From contig JBGTGT010000056.1 of assembly GCA_041746575.1 (NCBI GenBank), forward strand, positions 1 to 52,232: a stretch of DNA of 52,232 nt, read 5' to 3'. Positions 30,553 through 41,421 of the stretch are shown here, one piece after another. Under the pieces are notes generated by a model. That model worked only from the letters and a program-made list of their open reading frames with translations. It ran no database searches and was not told the DNA's origin. The position numbers and the translations under genes were made by a program. Positions within the stretch are counted from its first letter, which is position 1. Each line of letters begins with the position of its first letter. Origin of the DNA: Microcystaceae cyanobacterium (GTDB lineage Bacteria > Cyanobacteriota > Cyanobacteriia > Cyanobacteriales > Microcystaceae).

Positions 30553-31272
30553 ATGCCTGAAACCCAAACCCCGCCGATGCAAATCCAAGAAATTCAAGAA
30601 TTAGCCATCACTATTGCCGCTAAGAATCTCAACCCGACGATGTTGAGTGAAGAATTTCTCAAATTCAGCGGTGTCATCCCACAAGACTGGGAATTAGCCA
30701 GACAACCCGCCTTAAATAATAACTTTGCCCAAGTTGTCTTTAAAAATGGGGTGAATATTGTAGCCCAACCCCGTACTATTACTTTTGTCGAACAGATGGG
30801 AAATCGCCCCTTAGATGAACTGCAAATCTCAGAGGTGGCGACTCAATACGTCAAAAAACTCCCCAACGCAGAATATCAAACCTTAAGTATTAGCCCCAAA
30901 AGTGTTGTCCCCATGCCCGGCAATCCAGACGCAGCGCGGCAATTTATTACCGGCAAACTGTTAGCAGCAGGTCCTTGGCAAGATTTTGGCAATACGCCCG
31001 TCCAAGCCGGTTTAAACTTAGTTTATCAGTTAGAACACTGTCAATTCAATCTCAGTATTAATCAAGCCCAAATTCAAATTCCTGAACAATCAGCTATTCC
31101 CGCTTTACTGTTCGCTGGAAACTTCAACTACAAAGTCGAAGGCGATACCCAAGAAGAACGGATAGATAAATTAGAAGCAGGCTTAAAAGCATGGGAATCG
31201 GATATACAAGCCTTTCGTGAAATTGTGAATCAGCGTTTTTTAGGGGAACAACAACTCTTGTTTCCTCAATAA
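30553..31272 (+). CDS. Conserved hypothetical protein
   Basis: Long clean ORF (NLNPTML..FLKFSGVIPQDWELARQP) with a downstream hairpin; function not recognised. Confidence 0.8.
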   Translation: MPETQTPPMQIQEIQELAITIAAKNLNPTMLSEEFLKFSGVIPQDWELARQPALNNNFAQVVFKNGVNIVAQPRTITFVEQMGNRPLDELQISEVATQYVKKLPNAEYQTLSISPKSVVPMPGNPDAARQFITGKLLAAGPWQDFGNTPVQAGLNLVYQLEHCQFNLSINQAQIQIPEQSAIPALLFAGNFNYKVEGDTQEERIDKLEAGLKAWESDIQAFREIVNQRFLGEQQLLFPQ

Positions 31273-31294
31273 ACGAAATTATTAAGTATTCAAG

Positions 31295-31315
31295 CCCCTA
31301 GTTTTTTCTGGGGGA
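31295..31315 (+). terminator. Hairpin after the 30553 gene
   Basis: CCCCTAG-TTTTTT-CTGGGG stem about 20 nt after the stop. Confidence 0.45.
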
Positions 31316-31548
31316 TATTCTAAGATTTTAAGCCCAAGATCGGCATTTTTGAATATCAGCACCATTGGAGCAAAAAATTGCTTATTTTTGAGCTTTTCTT
31401 CGGTCTTTCAGGGGTATATACTTTTGCAAAAATGAGAGAAAGACGGAACGGGGGAACCTCAGGAGGGCTAAAAAAATCTTAATAATAGGCTACAATAGTC
31501 AAGTTGAATAAAGCCAACCAGTACAAAGGAGTGGTGGAGGTTAAAACC

Positions 31549-32379
31549 TTGGACGAACTAAGGTCAGCGTTAGAACTAGCAACAGAAGAAGAACTTCAAC
31601 AGTTCACTCAGATTCTTTTTTGCCGGAAATTTAACCCAATTGACTACTTAAATACCCCTGAACCCGAATCAGTCCAGAGTCAAGACTGGAAAAGTCGCCT
31701 AGACAGCATAGAACAGCGATTTCGCTATCTAGCCGCCGACGGACTCACCGTTATTAAGGGCAAAACTCAAGATTTCAGTTACCGTCAAGCGTTAATCCAA
31801 GTTTGTCATTTTTTAAAAGTTCCCTACGCTAACCCAATGACTACAACGGACATTGAAGCGGAAATCTTCTTGCATTTAGTAGATAAAGCGTGGAAAAAAC
31901 TGCCTAAAGCTGAACAAAAGTCAATCAATCAAAAAATTCAGCAATCTTTAGCGAAAAAAGATCTTCTTGAACCCCTTCCCTTACAAGTTCAAAGTAACCC
32001 GATGAAGTTGATTCTCAAAGGGAGTGGTTTAATCGCCGTCAATTCTGTGCTGAAACCCCTGATTCTCAGACAAATTGCCCAACAATTTGCGATTCATTTT
32101 ACTCAATACCAAATGGCGCAAACCGCTACAATGCAAGGAGGGAAGTTTTTAGCCAATAAATTGGCCTTACAGTCTGCCAAGAAAGGAATGGCCATGACTG
32201 CCGCTCGATATGGTGCAGTTCGGTCAGTTTTTGCCTTTTTAGGACCTGTTTTATGGGGCTGGTTTTTAGCTGATTTGGGGTGGAAAGCGATTACGACCAA
32301 TTATGGTCGAATCATTCCTGTTATCTTTGCTTTGGCGGAAATTCGTCTAACTCGTTCCGATGCTTGGCAATTAGCTTAA
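31549..32379 (+). CDS. YaaW family protein
   Basis: DELRSALELATEEEL, FRYLAADG, TNYGRIIP.IFALA.IRL. TTG start at 31549 with a GGAGG RBS. Confidence 0.82.
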   Translation: MDELRSALELATEEELQQFTQILFCRKFNPIDYLNTPEPESVQSQDWKSRLDSIEQRFRYLAADGLTVIKGKTQDFSYRQALIQVCHFLKVPYANPMTTTDIEAEIFLHLVDKAWKKLPKAEQKSINQKIQQSLAKKDLLEPLPLQVQSNPMKLILKGSGLIAVNSVLKPLILRQIAQQFAIHFTQYQMAQTATMQGGKFLANKLALQSAKKGMAMTAARYGAVRSVFAFLGPVLWGWFLADLGWKAITTNYGRIIPVIFALAEIRLTRSDAWQLA

Positions 32380-32448
32380 GCTTGGCAAAGAACGTAAAAT
32401 GTACCAGAGAGATATGCGGTTCAGTTTGGAGATGATTGAATTTTAGAT

Positions 32449-33783
32449 ATGAAACGCTTGAGTAGAATTCTGTCCTTTTCTGCCAATCAACCCAATCCCT
32501 CTCTGGGTGAACCTCCTAATCGCTTGTGGACTTGGATTCTCTTCGGTCTTCTTACCTTACCTCTCCTGCCTAATTTAGGTAGTGTTACCCTGGTCGGGTC
32601 GTCGTTGGGCGCATGGAAACGATATTATAAAGATATTGTGCGATCGCCCCTTAGCCAAGGTTTTGCCCTCTTTAGTGTCTGGTTGCTTATCACGACCCTT
32701 TTTGCCGTTAAACCCATAGCGGCCTTAGAAGGATTATTTAATTTTTTACCCTATATTGCTGTATTTGTGGCAGTTCGCCACGTCTTTCGTACCTTTAATC
32801 AATTGCTTCAGTTTGCTTGGTTTTGGGTTCTCTCAGCGATTCCTATTACCCTTTTGGGATTTGGACAGATTGGCTTCGGGTGGGGACATTTTGCAATTTT
32901 AAAGATTTTTGGCACCGATTTAGTTCCTTACGGCACGCCAGAAGGGCGAATATCCTCCGCTTTTATGTATGCTAACCTTTGCGCTGCATTTCTCCTCACT
33001 GCCTTTATCTTTGCTATCGGGTTAACGCTGATTTATACTCGCCAAGGACGACGAGAAAAACAGGCTAGCATGACCTATAAACTAGCAGTTTTAATTTTTT
33101 CGCTTATTAGCAACGGAATTGCCTTAATTTTAACAAATTCTCGCAGTGCATGGGGACTTTTATTTTTAATTATTGTAAGTTTTGCTCTATATTTAAGGTG
33201 GCGTTGGTTAGTCTTAGGATTAGCAACCACTGCCGGAACGATTTTATGGTCGGCATGGGGGCCAATTGGACGAGAGCCTTTAAGACAGGTTATTCCTGCT
33301 TATTTTTGGGCAAGATTAAGCGACGAACTCTATCCTGACCGTTATATGACCGCTTTTCGCAGTACTCAGTGGCAAATTGCCTTAGAGATGTGGGTGCAAC
33401 ATCCTTGGTTAGGGTGGGGATTGCGCAATTTTAGTCCCTATTACAAAAGTCGTATGAATACGTGGTTAGGTCATCCCCATAATTTCTTTTTGATGTTACT
33501 AGCAGAAATAGGTATTATTGGTACTATTTTATTTTGCGGATTGGTCGGTTCAATTATTTTTCAAGCCGTCAACTACTATCGCTATTTATGTCAAGAGAAA
33601 TTGGAATGGGATGAAGAAAAAACCCTATTTTTCTGTGCTTTGCTAGCCTTTTTCTGTTGTATTTTATTTAATTTTTTAGATGTGACTCTATTTGATTATC
33701 GTGTAAATTTAGCCAATTGGTTATTGTTAGCAGCAATCAGTGGCATTGTCACTAATAATCATTCTCGCAAATTGAACTATTGA
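32449..33783 (+). CDS. O-antigen ligase/Wzy_C family membrane protein
   Basis: Multiple TM helices; LTNSRSAW, HPWLGWG..NF, HPHNFFLMLLAEIG. Confidence 0.88.
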   Translation: MKRLSRILSFSANQPNPSLGEPPNRLWTWILFGLLTLPLLPNLGSVTLVGSSLGAWKRYYKDIVRSPLSQGFALFSVWLLITTLFAVKPIAALEGLFNFLPYIAVFVAVRHVFRTFNQLLQFAWFWVLSAIPITLLGFGQIGFGWGHFAILKIFGTDLVPYGTPEGRISSAFMYANLCAAFLLTAFIFAIGLTLIYTRQGRREKQASMTYKLAVLIFSLISNGIALILTNSRSAWGLLFLIIVSFALYLRWRWLVLGLATTAGTILWSAWGPIGREPLRQVIPAYFWARLSDELYPDRYMTAFRSTQWQIALEMWVQHPWLGWGLRNFSPYYKSRMNTWLGHPHNFFLMLLAEIGIIGTILFCGLVGSIIFQAVNYYRYLCQEKLEWDEEKTLFFCALLAFFCCILFNFLDVTLFDYRVNLANWLLLAAISGIVTNNHSRKLNY

Positions 33784-33945
33784 TAACAGTCAGGCAGTGA
33801 AGCGGTAAAAAAGTAGGAAAACGAATGATCATAAATATCGCCTTCTTACGAGTAAGACAAAGAACAAACGAAAAATCCTAAATCGAATTGAGTATAATAT
33901 TTTATTTTTCAGTATGAATTTCAATTGAAATAAGAGAAGAAAGTT

Positions 33946-34227
33946 ATGCAAAAAGGAATCATTTACTTAAGCTTATTGTTGATAGGAACGCCGGCAGGTT
34001 TAGCTTTGCCTCCCCCCGATGATATTCCCGAAGAAGTCCTAAGAACAGAGATCATTTTAGAAGGTCGTTCACCGATTAATGGTGAACCCGTCACAACGGC
34101 AGAATACGAAAAACAAACAGAAGAATTAGCCACCAGTCCTTATCCCCCTCAAATCGACCCCAAAATCCGACAATTGATTTTTTTATTACGCATTCGTCGG
34201 ATGATTAGAACGTTTATTCCTATCTAA
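33946..34227 (+). CDS. Small exported conserved hypothetical protein
   Basis: Signal-like N-terminus; LPPPDDIPEEVLRTEII.EGRSPI.G motif. Confidence 0.78.
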   Translation: MQKGIIYLSLLLIGTPAGLALPPPDDIPEEVLRTEIILEGRSPINGEPVTTAEYEKQTEELATSPYPPQIDPKIRQLIFLLRIRRMIRTFIPI

Positions 34228-34269
34228 AGAGACGAATTCTCATTTAGACTCAAAAACAAACAATAGGGG

Positions 34270-35760
34270 CTATTTTTGCCAAACATGAATCGTCCCTTGG
34301 GTGGTTCCTGCTATCAGATACATCCCATCAAAGCTTAAAGCAAGGGAGAGAATGCCATCAAGACGAGGGGTTGAATTATCCTCAATCGTTAACGTTTTTA
34401 CGGCCTTATCTTGACGAGAGTGCCAAAGACGAAGATTGCCATCCGCCCCCCCACTATACAAAAATTGTCCATCAGGGCTAAACATAAGGGCTTTGACATG
34501 ACCTTGGTGGGCGTTCAAACATCGAATTGGCTTGATTTTTGCCTCTGACGTTAATTTTTCATGGTCTATCTGCCATAGCTTAATGCTACCATCTACACAG
34601 CCCGCCGCAACCGTCTGACCATCAGGACTTAAGGCGATCGCTCCCACCGAAGAGAGGTTTCCTGACAAAGAACCGCAAAATTCCCCCGTTTCTCCACGCC
34701 AGAAGCTGATTTTACCGTCCCCACCCCCACTAATAATTAAATTCTCTTGAGAATGAACTGCCACGGCGTAAATTGCCCCAGAGGGATCAAAAGAACTACA
34801 AATTAATTCCCCTGTTGCTTTTTCCCATTGCTTAACGGTTTGATCATAGCTGACACTGACCAAGCGATCGCCTAATAAAGCTAAGCCGTGAATTGAACCT
34901 GTATGGGCGGTTAACGTGCTTTTTAGGTCTAATTCTCCTGACGCTGACAGTAACCATTGTTTAATGGTTTGATCAAAGCCTCCTGTTGCTAAAATGAAAT
35001 CAGATTCGTTCTGATATAAAGCAAGGGCGAGAACACCTTGAGCATGAACATTATGACTATTTTTTAAGTTACCTGTCTCAATTTCCCAAATTTTAACTGT
35101 TTGATCCCAACTGCTACTAATTAAATAAGGTTCAAGCGGATGAATCCTTAAGCCTGAAACGGCTTCACTGTGTTGGGTTAAACAGCGACAATAGTGCCAC
35201 TGAGGACTTGCAACTACAAGATCATCAGCTATTTTGACCGAAATAATCGGAATTTCATAATTAGGTACAGAATTTTGGGGAGCAACTTTGAGATCTTGTC
35301 CTTTTAACTCAACAATTTCCGCTTGCAACGTTTGGCAAAGGTTTTCAAGTTTTTCCATGCGCTCGGGTAAAGTATGGGCATTGAGGTACTGAATAATCGT
35401 TTTAACTGACTGTTCAATACTGCTTAAACTTTCCGTTACCGTAGCCAAAATAACATCATCGAGGTCATTAGGGGAAGCAGCGGCAACGATAGGCGGCGGG
35501 GGAGTATAATTCGGCGTCAGAGATTGAATTTCACTATGAAGTTGTTGCTGTAACTTTTTACCCATAGCGGCCATACGTTTACGCTGTATCATCTGAAAAC
35601 GCAAGCGATTGAGGATATTCAAGACAACCGTAATTGAGAGAAAAAGCAGGGGAAATAACCAAAGTTCCGTAAAAATACCCACTAATAGACTAATTAATGT
35701 GGCAATTAAGGCAATATATTCGGCAATCTCTAATCCGTGAAGTTGTTTAAGTATTTGCAT
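34270..35760 (-). CDS. Membrane-anchored coiled-coil + WD40 repeat protein
   Basis: Two N-terminal TM helices, a coiled coil, and about 7 WD40 repeats (SSWDQTVKIW, GGFDQTIKQW...). Confidence 0.88.
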   Translation of the reverse strand: MQILKQLHGLEIAEYIALIATLISLLVGIFTELWLFPLLFLSITVVLNILNRLRFQMIQRKRMAAMGKKLQQQLHSEIQSLTPNYTPPPPIVAAASPNDLDDVILATVTESLSSIEQSVKTIIQYLNAHTLPERMEKLENLCQTLQAEIVELKGQDLKVAPQNSVPNYEIPIISVKIADDLVVASPQWHYCRCLTQHSEAVSGLRIHPLEPYLISSSWDQTVKIWEIETGNLKNSHNVHAQGVLALALYQNESDFILATGGFDQTIKQWLLSASGELDLKSTLTAHTGSIHGLALLGDRLVSVSYDQTVKQWEKATGELICSSFDPSGAIYAVAVHSQENLIISGGGDGKISFWRGETGEFCGSLSGNLSSVGAIALSPDGQTVAAGCVDGSIKLWQIDHEKLTSEAKIKPIRCLNAHQGHVKALMFSPDGQFLYSGGADGNLRLWHSRQDKAVKTLTIEDNSTPRLDGILSLALSFDGMYLIAGTTQGTIHVWQK

Positions 35761-35762
35761 TT

Positions 35763-37154
35763 TTATAACCCTAAAACGACTCTGGCAATCGTAAAGTAAA
35801 TGGAAACGCCAATGACATCCACCGCCGTGGTAATAAAGGGGGCAGACATTAACGCAGGATCGAGTCCTAACGAACGAAAGAGGAACGGTAAGGCTGAACC
35901 GGCAACGGAAGCTAACATAGAAATAATGACTAAACTAATGCCGACCGTAAACGAAACAAACCAATTTTGTTGTAATCCATAAGCCCAAACCATGGTAATT
36001 GATCCCAAAATCACCCCCAAAAGAGAGCCTGCCAAAAATTCCCGTAAAACGACTTGAAAAGGACCTAAGTCTCGAATTTCTTCCGTATTTAACCCTCGGA
36101 TCACGACAGTTGAAGACTGCGCCCCTACATTGCCGCCCGTACCAGTTAGAAGCGGAATAAACGCCGCTAAAATCGCCATTTGTTCTAAAAGGGAGGACTG
36201 ACTCTTAATGATGGTTCCTGTCACCGTATTGGTCAATAATAAAACAAGTAACCACATCACCCGCTTCCGCGCCACTGTCCACAAACTGGTCTGAAAATAG
36301 TTATCGCCGTCTGCTTGAACCCCGCTTAAGGCGTAAATATCTTCGGTTGCCTCCTGTTGCAAAATGTCGATGACATCATCTACCGTGACGACTCCCACGA
36401 GACGCTGTTCGCGATCAACAACAGGAAGGGCAAGTAAATCATAGCGTTGAATTAAGCGCGCCACTTCTTCTTGGTCTGTATCTGTACTGACGTAAATGAC
36501 ATCCCTTGTCATAATCTCGTTGAGGGCGGTTTCAGGAGAGGCCAAAACCAGATCCCGCAGAGAAATAATTCCCGTTAAGTGACGAGACGCATCCGTGACA
36601 TAGAGATAGTAAATGACCTCCGAAGCCTTGGCTAAATTGCGAATCTGCGCCAATGTCCCCGTTACAGTCAAATTTTCTTTGAGGGCGATGTATTCTGGGG
36701 TCATCACCCGTCCAGCCGTTCCTTCCTCGTATCCCATTAATAACGCAGTAGCTTGCCGTTCATTGGGACTGAGTTGTTCGAGTAATCGTCTGACGACGGT
36801 GGCGGGTAATTCATCGAATAAACGAACCCTATCATCGGGAGACATTTGATCGACGATATCTCTGACTTCTTGACGCTTAAATTCTTCGATTAACGCTTGC
36901 TGGACAGTCGGATCGAGGTATTCATAAACTTGGATCGCTTTTTCTTTGGCCAGAAGTCGAAAGGCTATCACTTGCATGGATTCGGGTAATCCTTCGATCG
37001 CTTCGGCAATATCCACAGGTTGAACGGGAATTAAAAGGGATTTTGCTCCTTCTAGGTTATTTTTTTGCAATAATAATTGTAACTGCGAACAAACAAGTTG
37101 ACGCAATTCACTGCGAGACATGGACTGAACGGGGGTGAGATCCTCTGAGGTCAA
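35763..37154 (-). CDS. mgtE: Magnesium transporter MgtE
   Basis: PVDIAE, CBS pair (TAGRVMTPEY), GTGGNVGAQ, DPALMSAPFITTAVD. Confidence 0.96.
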   Translation of the reverse strand: MTSEDLTPVQSMSRSELRQLVCSQLQLLLQKNNLEGAKSLLIPVQPVDIAEAIEGLPESMQVIAFRLLAKEKAIQVYEYLDPTVQQALIEEFKRQEVRDIVDQMSPDDRVRLFDELPATVVRRLLEQLSPNERQATALLMGYEEGTAGRVMTPEYIALKENLTVTGTLAQIRNLAKASEVIYYLYVTDASRHLTGIISLRDLVLASPETALNEIMTRDVIYVSTDTDQEEVARLIQRYDLLALPVVDREQRLVGVVTVDDVIDILQQEATEDIYALSGVQADGDNYFQTSLWTVARKRVMWLLVLLLTNTVTGTIIKSQSSLLEQMAILAAFIPLLTGTGGNVGAQSSTVVIRGLNTEEIRDLGPFQVVLREFLAGSLLGVILGSITMVWAYGLQQNWFVSFTVGISLVIISMLASVAGSALPFLFRSLGLDPALMSAPFITTAVDVIGVSIYFTIARVVLGL

Positions 37155-37560
37155 AGCGTTAGGCGGTTAAAGAAAATGAATGTAAATAAACTTTACCAAA
37201 TCATACCCTATTCCTTCCAAACAATACTGGAGTTTTGTTTCTCAACCGATTGACAAATGATCGCTGAATAAGTGTCTTCTTTGACGGCGTGATAATTAAC
37301 AATGTAATAAAGATATCTACCAAGGTATATATAAGCGATACAAGTCTTATTGGGCAAACAGATGTCAAATCTATCACAACCATGAAAAGACACATAATAT
37401 TGTCTGATCAATAATTTGAGCCGACCAAAATTGAGATGACACTTAAAATTGAGGAAGTCAATCAATATCCAAACATCGCTCAAGGGGATAACAACCTTTC
37501 ATTCTGCCGGAAAAGGATTTGCGATATAATATTAAATAAATATAATGAAAAAAATTAAAC

Positions 37561-39117
37561 GTGTTGATTGATCAAAAAAACAAGCTGAGTTTCGGCATTA
37601 TCTTACTAAGTCTCCTAGGCAGTTTGGGGGGCTGTCAGTCTTCAGAAATGGCTACCAGTCAACCCCCTTGTCCCAGTACCCCTGAAAATCATCCCCCCCT
37701 TTCTTTAGGTTATGAAGGGGATTTATATGCCCATCTGCAGAGTGTTAATATTATTAATCAACCTCATACGATTACTTTTCAAAGTGAGAAGCTCGATTTT
37801 ATTTATTGTCGAACCCTTAAAAGCTGGATTATTCAAAAAGGAACATATCAAAAAGACGATGAATATAAAAAATACGAAGATTTAGCTGATCCTAGCTACA
37901 AAACCTTAGCTTTCCAAGACGAAATTTATAAATATAGAGTGATCCTCGATCCCACTCCTTTTCCCGATTTTCGCGTCGAACCCAAACAAGTTATTTTTGA
38001 ATTACTCAAACCGAATCAATCCGAATCGCAACGTTATACCCTTTATACTCTCGAACAAGTTAAACAAAAAACAGGGATTCAACTGGGTGTTCCTCAAATC
38101 ACAGCAACTCAAATTCATAACGATCATCTTTATTGGACAGTTGCCGCCGAACAAGGAGAAGGATTTTCTGGAATTGCCACTATTATTCATTACCAACCTA
38201 ACAATAATCAACTGCAAATAATCCAACCTGAAGGGTTAGAAAGACAGCAAATTCAAGACATTAGAGTGACCGGAAATTCCCCTAACCTAACCCTATGGTT
38301 AGCGACTCAAACCGCCGGAGAAGGCAATCCCTTTTTACCTGGATTAGGATTAGTTGCCTATTTGCCTAAATCCAACCAATATAAAGCCTACCATGTCCGT
38401 AATAGTCCTTTGGTCGGAATGATTCCCCATCGCTTAGAAATAGATAACCAACGTCTTTGGGTTGCCACTGGAAACGGGATTTGTACCTTACCTTGGCAAA
38501 CCCCAGATCGCTACAAAGATTGGCAGTGCTGGCAATTTAGCTTAAAAGCAAAAACCCCTCCCCAAGGGCTATCTTTGTATCCTAGTTCTCTCAGTTGGAA
38601 AGTACAGGACGTTTTATCCGCTAAAACTCAAGAAATTGAAGTATTGTGGTGGTCAATGACCGATTTTTATAAAAAACAAGGGCGTTATGAGGTGGTGTAT
38701 CCGGTAGGGATTACCGTCACGTTAGCAGAGCAAGGGGGGATGAGTTGGTCAGATTATTACGCTGATGCTCATATTATTCAACCTTGGCAAGCACCCTTAT
38801 ACTGGCCGGGCAAAGATTGGCAATGGAATGGTCAACAATTTGTTCGTCCTTTAGATGGGGTTTCCTTAAATTTAGCAGGAGGGGGCGCGTCAGGCATTGA
38901 ATCATGGAATGAAGATCACCACCGTTCAGAACGGTATGCCATTCGAGGTAACTTAGCTTTATTAAATTTAACCGTTAACACCACAAAAGTAACCTATGAT
39001 TCTGCTTGGGTAGAGGATCGTTTTATTGATCCCTATGTAACTTTAATTCCTGCAGTTTATCCTATAGAAAAAACAGAGAATCCGTTGAAACAGTTGTCTC
39101 TTTTTAGAAGAAATTGA
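37561..39117 (+). CDS. Hypothetical lipoprotein (beta-rich)
   Basis: Lipobox LGGC after a hydrophobic signal; two similar EGF/EGN segments; 518 codons. Confidence 0.75.
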   Translation: MLIDQKNKLSFGIILLSLLGSLGGCQSSEMATSQPPCPSTPENHPPLSLGYEGDLYAHLQSVNIINQPHTITFQSEKLDFIYCRTLKSWIIQKGTYQKDDEYKKYEDLADPSYKTLAFQDEIYKYRVILDPTPFPDFRVEPKQVIFELLKPNQSESQRYTLYTLEQVKQKTGIQLGVPQITATQIHNDHLYWTVAAEQGEGFSGIATIIHYQPNNNQLQIIQPEGLERQQIQDIRVTGNSPNLTLWLATQTAGEGNPFLPGLGLVAYLPKSNQYKAYHVRNSPLVGMIPHRLEIDNQRLWVATGNGICTLPWQTPDRYKDWQCWQFSLKAKTPPQGLSLYPSSLSWKVQDVLSAKTQEIEVLWWSMTDFYKKQGRYEVVYPVGITVTLAEQGGMSWSDYYADAHIIQPWQAPLYWPGKDWQWNGQQFVRPLDGVSLNLAGGGASGIESWNEDHHRSERYAIRGNLALLNLTVNTTKVTYDSAWVEDRFIDPYVTLIPAVYPIEKTENPLKQLSLFRRN

Positions 39118-39156
39118 AGTTAAACTAAAGTTGTAATTTGATGATGTTTCCTAATA

Positions 39157-40716
39157 TTATTCATTCTTTCCATACCCTCCCCCTCCCGGCGTTTCAATCG
39201 TAAAACTATCTCCTTTTTGCATTTCTACTGTTGCCGTACTTTCTAAGCTTTCTATCTCGCCGTCATGACGCTTAATCCAATTTTTACCGACTTTTCCTTT
39301 ACCTCCTCCCGCTAACCCAAAAGGAGCAATTCGACGATGATTTGAAAGGATATTTGCTGTCATCGGTTCTAAGAATTGAATCTGACGAATCACCCCATTT
39401 CCCCCGCAAAAGTGACCGTTACCTCCGCTATTTTCTCGAATACTAAATTGTTCTAATAACACCGGATAACGAAATTCTAATACTTCAGGATCAGTGATGC
39501 GAGAATTGGTCATGTGGGTATGCACGGCATCCGTTCCCTCAAAATTAATTCCAGCACCTGATCCCCCACAAATTGTTTCATAATATTGATATTGATCATT
39601 ACCAAAAGTAAAATTATTCATCGTTCCTTGAGAGGCTGATAAAAGTCCTAATGCGCCATATAAAGCATCAACAATGGCTTGCGACGTTTCTACATTACCT
39701 GCCACAACAGGGGCAGGGTATTGGGGGTTTAAAAAACATCCTTCGGGTATTATAATTCTTAAGGGTTTGAGACAACCGGCATTGAGGGGAATATTATCGT
39801 TGACCAGAGTACGAAAAACATACAAAACGGCGGCTTGAGTAATCGACTTTGGGGCATTAAAGTTATTCGTTAATTGAGGAGATGTTCCTGTAAAGTCAAT
39901 CGTTGCACAGCGATTTTCAGCATCAATAATCACTTTAACGTGAATTTGTGCGCCATTATCCATTAGATAATTAAATTCTCCATTTTGTAAGACTTCAATT
40001 TCTTTTTTTACCGATTCTTCTGCATTATCTTGTACAAATTTCATATATAATTGTATTTGATCTAAGCCATATTGTTGAACCATCTGATGAAGTTCTTGAA
40101 TGCCTTTTTCATTGGCGGCAATTTGTGCTTTAAAATCGGCGATATTCTGTTCTATATTACGAGCAGGATAGGGAGAATTATTTAAAATATCTATTAATTC
40201 AATTTCTCTAAATCGTCCTTTTTCGACTAATAAAAAGTTGTCAAATAAAATCCCTTCTTCTGTGATATGAGTTGAGTGAGGTGGCATCGATCCCGGCGTA
40301 ATTCCTCCAATATCCGCTTGATGTCCCCGTGATGCAACATAGAAGATAATCTGTTGCTTAGTTTCATCAAAAACGGGCGTAATTGCCGTTACATCAGGTA
40401 AATGCGTTCCCCCATTATAGGGATTATTAGATAAATAAGTATTGCCAAATTCTAGTTGATTATTGTCGGATTCAATTAAGCTTTTAACACTTTCGCTCAT
40501 TGAACCTAAATGAACGGGAATATGGGGCGCATTAGCAACTAATGAACCGTATTGATCGAAAATTGCGCAGGAAAAATCTAAGCGTTCTTTGATATTAACA
40601 GAAGAAGCGGTATTTTGTAGGGTAATGCCCATTTCTTCCGCCATAAATTGATACAGATTCTGGAAAATTTCAAGATAAATCGGATTCGGTTTCTTTACAT
40701 GATTCATATTTTTCAA
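39157..40716 (-). CDS. Hydantoinase B/5-oxoprolinase subunit
   Basis: NIKERLDFSCA, NAPHIPVHLGSM, GGTHLPD, H.ADIGG.TPGSMP, GNVETSQ, HTHMTN, TPGGGGYG. Confidence 0.94.
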   Translation of the reverse strand: MKNMNHVKKPNPIYLEIFQNLYQFMAEEMGITLQNTASSVNIKERLDFSCAIFDQYGSLVANAPHIPVHLGSMSESVKSLIESDNNQLEFGNTYLSNNPYNGGTHLPDVTAITPVFDETKQQIIFYVASRGHQADIGGITPGSMPPHSTHITEEGILFDNFLLVEKGRFREIELIDILNNSPYPARNIEQNIADFKAQIAANEKGIQELHQMVQQYGLDQIQLYMKFVQDNAEESVKKEIEVLQNGEFNYLMDNGAQIHVKVIIDAENRCATIDFTGTSPQLTNNFNAPKSITQAAVLYVFRTLVNDNIPLNAGCLKPLRIIIPEGCFLNPQYPAPVVAGNVETSQAIVDALYGALGLLSASQGTMNNFTFGNDQYQYYETICGGSGAGINFEGTDAVHTHMTNSRITDPEVLEFRYPVLLEQFSIRENSGGNGHFCGGNGVIRQIQFLEPMTANILSNHRRIAPFGLAGGGKGKVGKNWIKRHDGEIESLESTATVEMQKGDSFTIETPGGGGYGKNE

Positions 40717-40729
40717 GAGTTGTATTGGC

Positions 40730-41323
40730 TTATTTTCTGATTCCAGTACCTTCTAAGATTGTGCCGTCTAAAATTGCGCCTTGTAACATCACTTGTGCAA
40801 GATTGGCACATAATAAATTACTATTTTGTAAATTTGCGCCTTTCAAGAGTGATCCTTGTAGGTTTGCCTCTTCTAAGTCTGCCTCTGATAAATCTGCCCC
40901 CGATAGATTCGTATAACTCAAGTCTGCTTGCCGTAAAATCGTTTTCACCAAATTTGCTCCTCGTAAATCTGCCCCTCGTAAATCCACATCTGACAAAATG
41001 AGATGACTTAAAATTGCCCCTGATAAAAAAGATCCGGCTAAACTAATCCTTTTTGCCTGAACTTCTAATAAAATTGCCCCTCTTAAATCGGCATTACGTC
41101 CATCCACCGATTGTAGATTTGCCCCCGTTAAATCAGCCCCCCGTAAGTTCGCCCGTAGGGATGATTTTGCTAAATTTGCGCCAGAAAGATTCGCTCCTGC
41201 CAAGTTGGCGCCAGAAAAATCAATTTCCGACAAATCCGCCCCAGAAAAATCCATTCCTGCGAGGTTTTTCCGTTTGCCGAGGCGAATTTCTTCGATTAAA
41301 TGAGACATAGCCAGATTAGACAT
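40730..41323 (-). CDS. Pentapeptide repeat protein
   Basis: Tandem A(D/N)LxG repeats. The start is likely the ATG at 41323; the track extension overlaps the upstream gene. Confidence 0.9.
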   Translation of the reverse strand: MSNLAMSHLIEEIRLGKRKNLAGMDFSGADLSEIDFSGANLAGANLSGANLAKSSLRANLRGADLTGANLQSVDGRNADLRGAILLEVQAKRISLAGSFLSGAILSHLILSDVDLRGADLRGANLVKTILRQADLSYTNLSGADLSEADLEEANLQGSLLKGANLQNSNLLCANLAQVMLQGAILDGTILEGTGIRK

Positions 41324-41421
41324 GGTGCGATTGGGATAAATTAGTATGTAAATAAGCTTGAGGAAAGGGCAAGCTAAGAGGCAATCGTTAAGAGAATTGA
41401 CAATATGACATGACCGACTTA

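Noticed and set aside
37201..37483. Two overlapping ORFs (64 and 91 aa) upstream of mgtE as a leader peptide or Mg riboswitch
   Set aside because: Composition is typical of random AT-rich DNA; no Pro-rich MgtL-like peptide or M-box motif was recognised.
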